From: Octopus vulgaris
Taxonomy: Eukaryota
Assembly: GCA_951406725.2 (NCBI GenBank)
Contig: OX597815.1
Span: forward strand, 54,250,001-54,314,000
DNA: 64,000 nt
Direction: 5' to 3'
Shown: piece by piece, positions 55,102 through 64,000 of the stretch
Numbering within the stretch: position 1 is the stretch's first letter
How the letters are laid out: each line of letters begins with the position of its first letter
Notes under the pieces: model-generated
Told to the model about the DNA's origin: nothing
The model's database searches: none
Seen by the model: the letters and a program-made list of their open reading frames with translations, nothing else
Translations under genes and position numbers: made by a program

Positions 55102-56737
55102 AGCTACGATCAATATAATAGTTCGGCAGTATAGCAAATTACAATTTTAATATTCAACTATTATCTCAAATAGCTAATTATTCTCTTGGTCAAGAAAAGG
55201 TCATTCAGTTGACTTCATAACTAGATGTTTCTCGTTACAAAACCAGTTTTCATGCAGTTAACATTGATTAACATTGATTATATAATTTGTTATGTTAATT
55301 GTCCATATAGACTTGATTACTAAGACAAAGTTTATTATATTAAACTAATGGGTGTCATTGGTTTGTGGTTGTATTTATCTTTTCCAGTAAGTGCGATCTT
55401 ATACAGGCGGAAGACGTCAGATTTATAAAACGTAATGGTTTTTAAATATTTTCCCAAAACAGCTACATCCAAAACTGAAATACCTGATATTAAGTAGAAA
55501 CAAAGGCTGCTAGTTATTGAACCACATGCCTCTTTTTTGTATGCGAATCAGACTACTCGTTGATGTTTGTATTGGATACTTTGAAGTTACGCCGAATATC
55601 TGAAACAACAGAGATGTATACAGTATTATAATTATATCCATTTCATTCGTGTTTTACATAAGCTTCAACCTCATATTTGACATGTTGTTTTTGCCGCAAC
55701 AAACGATCATCTTTGACAACTTATGTACCAGCAAGGATAATACAACCACAGCAGGGGAAGAAGTCGAAGTCGGATGAAAAGTTATGGTTTTACTGTATAC
55801 CAGCATGCTCCTTTAATCACTGCAAACATAATCTTTTGTCTCTCGAGTATGTGTGTGTGTGTGTGTGTGCGCGCGTGCGTATGTAGCATAGTCTGATTGG
55901 TATTGCTACATAATACCAGTTCGTTTACACAGAGTATCAGGCATTGTTCAATGTGTATCGAAATTAGTTACCTTATATTTTTAACCAATATCGTTATTAT
56001 CAGTGTCTTTAGCATGCTGGCCTCTTGCCTAATTTCGAGAGCGGTAATTTCACTCTTGGTTTCACTATCCTCATGTTGATTCTTTGAACTTAGCATAATT
56101 AATGACACAGAAAGTTATATGTAACAAGTAAATGATTCATAATAGATAAAAGAAATTCAGTTTCTTCTTCAATGACTAGGTTGATCCAGGTTTTGCTACT
56201 GTAGATTACGCGGAAGGACGCAAACAGTAAAAATTTGTTGAGAAATATAGGCAATTATTTTGTACAAAATTTTAAGTTGTCGAAAATATCTCTACCGATT
56301 TAGGTCAAATACAAAATAGAGTTGAGAGAATTCAATATCTGAATCACTTTTTATCAGAGGAAAATACTGCTCTTTTTGACAGGCCTTGAACACCTAAACT
56401 GTTTCTCAGGATCCGTAAAAATAAGGGATGAATAAAGAAACATTCCGAATAGAAAAAAAAACTATTTAAGTTTCGATTTGATTTTTATATGCTTGACGCA
56501 ATTGTTAATTATTTTCATTTCTGTGTTGAAATATAAGTTTCAAAACTTTAGTGTTTGGCGAAAGAGCGTTTTATCCTTCTTACCACACAGCCACTCCTGC
56601 ACTTATCCTGTGAAGAATATTTGCAGCTACAAGCAATGCTGATGTTTGTAGGTGCTCTACCTTCACACATCCATCGATGTTTTTCAGCCATGTTGTGATT
56701 GATATTTTCAAGTTAAATTTTTATTATTGTTGTTGTT

Positions 56738-57150
56738 ATTGAGTGAGACAGCAGCGCATGCCATCAAAGTGACAGTGGGGTAAAATATACGGAGCGCAGT
56801 TTACCCATAATCACTACCCGTCTGTTAAGGGTATACCAGGCACATGCATCGCATCCTTTTGATGATCTCATATAAAGATAAACAGCACACGATCTTGCAG
56901 ATGAATGAAGGTCGCTTTAGGATGTTGAACAAAACACCCATATTTCCAGAGGTGAATTATTCAAACCTCAAAGAATTCCTCTCATCACATGGCTATGGTG
57001 CTCCTCCACAACTTCTGCTCGTGATCAGAGAAGCTCATATTGTCAGCCACCAAGGGACATGCTCAAGTGGTTAAGGGCAAACAAGTGACAAACAAATCTG
57101 TGGTATTGAACAGAATATTTGCTGTAGCCCATCTTTTATACCAAGACTAA
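56738..57150 (-). mobile_element. Family C non-coding retroposon (diverged, deleted)
   Basis: Reverse complement of ~20305-20782. Confidence 0.85.
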
Positions 57151-57169
57151 ATAAGGTACGTTATTTCTA

Positions 57170-58268
57170 TTATTTTCATTATATGTTTGATTTCTGCTTT
57201 GTATTTCTACAAGCTGACTCCAAGTCTCACCCAGAGGCATCAAGAGTCAGCAAGTTAGAAATTCAAGTTGGTGTTATGCCTAGGGTGTTATATATTTGCT
57301 TTTACACATAGTATTGTTCTAGAGAATGTTTAAGAAAGCATAAGAAAATTATAAGTTTTAAAATTTGAGATTAACATAGACAGTATTTTAAGTAGACTAT
57401 AGGCAGTTCTCATGAACACCATCTTTTGAATTTCTGCCATTTTTGGCTTTCCTGGTATTTGAGCTAGGTAGGAATCATCCCCCTTTGCTATAAATCGTAG
57501 GTCACCAATGACAACAGGCATTGTTATAGTCTTGAGGTTCTACATTTTGCCAATTTCTATTTCTATATGTTCATACTTGCTCAGTTTTTGGTAGGTCTTG
57601 ACAGATACATTTATGTTGATTGGGACAGTCATATCATTGGGGAAGCATGATTTTTGTCTGAAGTCTTTCAATATCATATCTGGCTTATTCGCATCTATCT
57701 TTGTTAGTTTGAATGGTGAAGTTTCAGAGGAGTGAGATGTGGTCATTTTCAAGCACTGGAGGTGGTTTGTGTTCCCACCAGTTTTTATCATGGGGCAGGT
57801 CCAGGTTTTTTGCAAACTATCCAGTGAATATATTGTACTTCTCTATCATGCCTGTTGAGATACTCTGGAGGCGCAAGAAGACTGCACTTAGAGACAACAT
57901 GACCAATGGTTTCATGTTGTTGTTTACATACACGACATGTTGGGCTACTACCGTTCTTTAATATGTTGGCCTGGTAGCCTCTTTGTAGGTAGGCATTGAT
58001 CTTGGGCTGCTATGAGAAACCCTTCTGTTTCAGATTTTAAGCCAGAAGACATTAACCATTGATAGACAAGGGCTTTGTCAACATCGGCATTATTAGTTCT
58101 GTTTGAGTATTTTCCATTGATTGGTTTTTCTTGCTATTTATCTGTTAGAATATCCAAGGCAGCAGTTTTAGCATCTGTTCTCACACGCTTAGCTTTTTTT
58201 GTGTTTGTTTGCAGTACGTCTAATTCTGGGATTTGTTGTATTTGGAATTCACTCAGATTTCTTATTCT
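57170..58268 (-). mobile_element. R4/Dong-like 3' fragment
   Basis: GLKSETEGFL, NKPDM, QKLSKY..EIEI, MPVVIG, EIQKMV; 3'UTR matches 19940-20131. Confidence 0.9.
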
Positions 58269-58279
58269 TCTTCCTCTGC

Positions 58280-58376
<97 letters not shown>

Positions 58377-58377
58377 G

Positions 58378-59385
58378 TTTTTTCCTTCTTTCTTCAAATT
58401 TTCTTCTGTTTCTCGCCGAGTGTTTTCCGTACACTTAGGGTAGAGAAGCTCTTTGTATGCATTCCCAGATTGCACACGCAAGTTCACAGTTAAAATATGT
58501 ATTTAAAAATAAATAAATAAATTCATGACTAGATGTTCTTTTCACAGCAATAATGCTCTTCTCAGTACATGAGCCGTTCCAGTTAACATGATATTTTGCA
58601 CTTCCTGTGGGGATGGTAAGCCTGGTGTCATTTTCAAATAGGTTTCAGTACATTTTTTTTATTATTCCTAGATTTCCTACAATCACTGGTACTGTAGTCG
58701 CCTTGAGATGCCACATTTTAAAAATTTCTATTAGCAAGTCTTTATATTTACTGATCTTGTCAAATTCTTTCGCCACTATATCGTGATCGCTAGGAATACT
58801 CATGTCAATTAATAAATACACCATTTGTGTATGATCTTTTATAATAAATTCCTGTTTATAAGCTTTTCTGGTTCTGTTGGTTTTGTTCCATGGAATCAAT
58901 ACATTTTCTCCCTCAGTCACAGCTTCAGGATAGTGTTTATACCATTTGTCAGCGGTTTTGATTTTATAATGCCGACATATTGTCCAGTGTAAATACTGGC
59001 CGACTCTGTCATGTCTTGCTTTATATTCTACAGGTGCTATTACTCTACACCCTGAGATTAGGTGGTCTATAGTTTCAATCTCCTCGTTACAGAATCGGCA
59101 TTTTGGGTCAGCTCCATTTTTTATCACATTGGCTTGGTAGTTCCGGGTTAATAAGCATTGGTCTTGAGCAGCTAATATGAAACCTTCCCTCTCTGCTTTT
59201 AGCCCTGAGCTTCGTAACCATTGGTGCGCGTGTTTCTGGTCGACATCAGCTTGTTTGCTACGGGCCATATACTTGCCATGGAGAGGTTTCTGTTCCCATC
59301 TGCTAGCTAATTTTTCATGTGCTTTTGTCTTTGCAATTAATTTTATTTTCTTTGCAGCAGCACTTGGCGTATTTGCTTCAACCTG
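58378..59385 (-). mobile_element. R4/Dong-like 3' fragment
   Basis: 207 aa ORF with EGFILAAQDQ, CRFC..ETIDHLISGC, RHD, LIDMSIP, KYKDL; related to 40328-41960. Confidence 0.93.
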
Positions 59386-59394
59386 ATCAATCTG

Positions 59395-59490
59395 GTTATT
59401 ATTATCATTATCATCATGATCATCATCATGATCATCATCATGATCATCATCATCATCACTCTCATCATCATCATCATCATCATCATCATC

Positions 59491-59565
<75 letters not shown>

Positions 59566-59865
59566 ATTATCATTATTATTATTATTTACTTTTAATCTGC
59601 ATGTTTATTACAATCACTCGCCGAGACACACCCAGGGTCTTAAAGCGAGTGAAGGATAAGAGATATTGCAGTAGGACTGAAAACGTGGGAAGGGGAAGTG
59701 ACAGGGGCAGTAGCGAAAAATATTAATGTAATATAACACAGACATTTAAATTGATAGGGCTTTTCTAAAGATGTAGGTAGTATTTCTCACCACAATCTTT
59801 TGGATTTCTCTGAGATATGGTTCTCCAGGGATATTATCTAGATGTTTCTGACATCCCTTATTATC

Positions 59866-59919
<54 letters not shown>

Positions 59920-59942
59920 TATTATTATTATTATTATTATTA

Positions 59943-59994
<52 letters not shown>

Positions 59995-59998
59995 TATT
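59395..59998. repeat. (CAT)n/(TAT)n/(AAT)n microsatellites containing a short Dong-like fragment (59745-59865, minus)
   Basis: Direct reading; fragment translates KHLDNIPGEPYLREIQKIV..RKALSI. Confidence 0.9.
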
Positions 59999-60445
59999 TA
60001 TAGCTTCCTTTCATTTTAACTTTATTTCAGCTGCCTTAGTACCGGGCATCCACCGGAGGCCAAGAGCAGCAAGGAAACATTGGCTATATATGCTACAATT
60101 ATCACTCCATTTATCCCATTTTAGATGGGATACATTTTAGATTTCCGTAGTAAATGAGCTGTACTAATCAAAGTTATCTTTTGTAGTTCAGGAGGATTGG
60201 AGTTACCAGGGAGTTGCATAACATACTTCTCAGCTCCCCAACGCACCAATTACTGCTGGTATTATCGTAGTACTAAGCTTTCACATTTTTGTGATTTCAA
60301 TTTGCAGATATTTATAGTGAGAAAGCTTTTCGCATTCCTTTCTTGAGACATTTTTATCTTGTGGGACAGACATATCTATTGACAGACAAGTTCCTCTGGT
60401 GTAGTCCTTGGTCATGATGTCTGGTCGATTAGAGTTAATTTTTCT
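59995..60445 (-). mobile_element. R4/Dong-like 3' fragment
   Basis: Reverse-complement homology to 39780-40226. Confidence 0.85.
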
Positions 60446-60459
60446 GTCTGTTTGTTTGT

Positions 60460-60482
60460 GTTATTATTATTATTATTATTAT

Positions 60483-60539
<57 letters not shown>

Positions 60540-60540
60540 A

Positions 60541-60628
<88 letters not shown>
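60460..60628. repeat. (TTA)n-(TAG)n-(CAG)n-(TAG)n microsatellite
   Basis: Direct reading. Confidence 0.97.
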
Positions 60629-60848
60629 AGGCAGAAAGCTGGCAAAATTGTTAGCACGCCGGGCAAGATGCCTAGCGGCATTTTGTCAGTTTCCACTATC
60701 TGTGCTCAAATTCCGCCGAGGTCGACTTTGCCTTTCATCCTTCCAGTGTTGATAAATTAAGTACCAGTGAAACACTGGGGTCGATATAATCGACTAGTCT
60801 CCTCTCCACAAATTTCAGGCCTTGTACGTACAATAGAAAGGATTATTA
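60629..60848 (+). mobile_element. SINE family B, full length, (ATT)n tail
   Basis: tRNA-like head, Meta-domain-like core, GTCGA-tataa-TCGAC hairpin, ggccttgt..agaaaggattattatt end. Confidence 0.92.
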
Positions 60849-61571
60849 TTGTTGTTGTTGTTGTTGTTTTTGCTGATGTTATCCTCTTCTACATCTTCAT
60901 CATCAATCATCGTCGTCGATATCATTAATCCCATTTCCGCAAAATATTTCGACAAAACCATAATCAGCATATATGTAGACAACCAAAGCCATTGGATTAT
61001 TTCATACAACGAAAATGTAACGATAAATAAATTTTTTTTCTTAAAGATATTCTGAAAATATGTAGTTAATTTGTTACGAAATAGCATTTAATATGACATT
61101 ATCATATTGTAGTAGCGTGTTGTGATACAGGCAAAGGCTTCACTAGATACGTGGTTGTCGTTAGCTGAGGAAAGGCCTCGCTGTTTCAGACCTGAAATTC
61201 TGTGATGCAAATACGAAGGCTACAGGAGGTAATCTTAAATGACTTTTCGAATATTTAGATGGAGATCTAACCCATACTTATGAGCAATAAAAGTACATAT
61301 TTCAATTTTTATTTGAAAATATAAAAGTAGCCAACGAGGTTCAGTGAATCTTGTAGCATATTCACTGTTACTTGGATGTATTAAAAAAAGTGGGTGACAC
61401 AGATATTTTGAAAGTTTTGAAACTTTTTAAGCTATGCTTTGTTAATTTCGGTAGAAAAATCATTTCAAGAATCCAAAATACAAATGATAAAATAGTGAAT
61501 CAGATGTTTTGCATTTTTGCTCTCTCTGAAGATTTCTAGTCCTATATAGGTAACAGATATACTCTCTCTCT

Positions 61572-61971
61572 CTCTTTTACTTGTTTCAGACATTTGACTG
61601 CGGCCATGCTGGAGCACCGCCTTTAATCGAGCAACTCGACCCCGGGACTTATTCTTTTGTAAGCCCAGTACTTATTCTATCGGTCTCTTTTGCCGAACCG
61701 CTAAGTAACGGGGACATAAACACACCAGCATCGGTTGTCAAGCAATGCTAGGGGGACAAACACAGACACACAAACACACACACATATATATATATACACA
61801 TATATATACGACGGGCTTCTTTCAGTTTCCGTCTACCAAATCCACTCACAAGGTTTTGGTCGGCCCGAGGCTATAGTAGAAGACACTTGCCCAAGGTGCC
61901 ACGCATTGGGACTGAACCCGGAACCATGTGGTTGGTAAACAAGCTACTTACCACACAGCCACTCCTGCGCC
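61572..61971 (-). mobile_element. SINE family A, full length
   Basis: Reverse complement of 35466-35890. Confidence 0.95.
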
Positions 61972-62094
61972 TATGACGTAAATATTATGTGAGCGCCAAA
62001 TTTCATGTAGCTATGAAATGTTTCCCCCAAATATTGTATTCTTGGTGAGAAACGCTTACACGATTCCAAATAGGTTTAGTGTAGATATTCATAT

Positions 62095-62307
62095 TGGTTT
62101 GAAATTTTAGCACAGGAACAGTAATTTCGGAGGAGGACCGGTCAATTACATCGACCGCAGTGCTCAACTGGTACCTAATGTCTCGACCCCAATAGGACGA
62201 AAGGAAAAATCGGTGCCGGTAGAATTTGAAACCAGAACGTAAATACGGACGAAATGCCGCTAAGCATTTTGCTCAACCTGCTTACGATTCAGTCAACACG
62301 CCGCCTA
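62095..62307 (-). mobile_element. SINE family B (diverged)
   Basis: tacatcgaccgcagtgctcaactggtac..agaacgtaaa..gaaatgccgctaagcattttg..cgccgcc. Confidence 0.85.
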
Positions 62308-62695
62308 ATTGTAGATATTTATATTATGATGCAAACCATACACGTACACTTCAGTTTTTTTATGGTGGAGATTTGATCTCAGTTTGTCGGACATAAGTCC
62401 AAGCCAACTAGCAGAAGAGGAGAGTTATTATGTAAGTTGTGGGTATATAAGGGAATAAATAAATCCGTGTTTTCTAGCCAAATCTGATGTTTTATCCCTT
62501 AGCTACTCGAACTATTTCATGATAGAGTGAGTTAAATTTCAAGTTAAATTTGAATCGATAACTCACCATCATAAGATTCTAATTCAGGAAGATTATATAG
62601 TTTAACAAATGTCAATTTCGTCGAAAAACCAGTTCTGTATGCAGACTAATATAGAGAAGTAATTGTGTTCATTTACAAATTCTTTGCAACAAGCT

Positions 62696-62837
<142 letters not shown>

Positions 62838-64000
62838 GACAGATAGGGAGAGTGGGAGAGATAAAGTGTGTATGTGTATGTATTCGCAAATCTGCGTCCG
62901 TGTGAGCGTATGCTTTCTATGTTTTACATTCATAAAGAGTCATCATTTTATTTTTAGATATTCTCGCTTTTCCGCCTTTATTTTTGCTCTACTTTGTATT
63001 ATCTTTTACTCTTCTTTTGGTTTTATACCTTTTTGACAATCATCACCATCGTCATCGTCATAGTTTTTCTGATCATGGTACTCATTATCCCCATCATCAT
63101 CGGCAGCACCGTTATCAGTGTTCTTGCTACTGATATATTTGCTACACTCATCGATCATTCTTTTTTTCCGTGATAATAATCATCACCCTTACTGTCACCA
63201 AAAATATACTAATCTACTTTTTCTCGATATAAAGATAACTTATTTTTTATTCCAAAACCTTTGTCGTAGCAGACATTTTAAAAGAAATTATATTGTTATT
63301 TCATTCAATAATAGAATATTTCGGTCAATATACTCTTACAAATGTTCAGTGCCTTCTACAATTACATGATAGCAGCTTTACGATTGGATTGTTTGCAAAT
63401 GATTCATGTACACTGATTTTCTAGATAATTAAATAATCAATTTCACAATTACATGGAAATGACGACATCAATCACAACACTAACAATTGAATGATGATGA
63501 AGGAGAAGAAGAGAAGAAGGAAGAAGAGGAAGGTGGTGGTGGTGCTGCTGCTGCTGCTGCTGACTATGATGACGATAATGTTGATGATAATCGTAACGTA
63601 GACGAGAAGCGACAATCGTGTTGACGGTAACGACGACGAAAAGTGAAAAGATGAACATGAGCTGAAAATTAGGTGGAAGGCCAAGATTTCACATTTATAA
63701 ATCTTGAACGGATGTATTCAGCACTTAATAGTTAACATTTGCTATCATCAATTATGGTCTTAACTTAGATCTTAAATCGATTTTCTGTTCGGCTAAACAG
63801 ATTCCCTTGACACTCCACTAGTTCGGTTCGGTTATTTCCTTCAATCCATCGAGTGTGTTTTGCCACTCTCATTATTCCTACACAAAGACCTTTTATTGCA
63901 TAAGCATCATAAAAGTATGAAGATAACAAACTGTAAACCTACTTTGAAGTTTTTATGAAGGAATTTTCAATATTTCAAGAAAAACAGCTTTTCAATTTAA

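Overview
AT-rich eukaryotic (animal) genomic DNA made almost entirely of transposable elements and microsatellites. The repeat repertoire resembles an octopod cephalopod genome (inference from repeat families, not verified). No complete host gene, rRNA, true tRNA or CRISPR array is supportable, and most ORF-track entries are microsatellite read-throughs. Identified: about 14 fragments of R4/Dong-like RLE-endonuclease LINEs, nearly all embedded in (AAT)n; one near-complete CR1-group LINE; RTE and L1/Tx1-like LINE relics; two Penelope-like elements, each with an inverted segment and a hammerhead relic; a separate core-intact minimal hammerhead; two mariner relics and a mariner MITE; a ~1 kb solo LTR with ATAT TSD; three tRNA-derived SINE families; an unclassified ~560 bp structured (AAT)n-tailed retroposon; and several co-oriented gag/ORF1-like relics. 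One candidate minus-strand first exon ends at 11597. The most interesting signals are a SINE-LINE shared 3' tail with compensatory stem changes, the structured non-coding TAA-tailed element, the Penelope whose deleted endonuclease is supplied by its inverted arm, and the ORF1-only relic family. Element boundaries were read by eye and are approximate unless stated.
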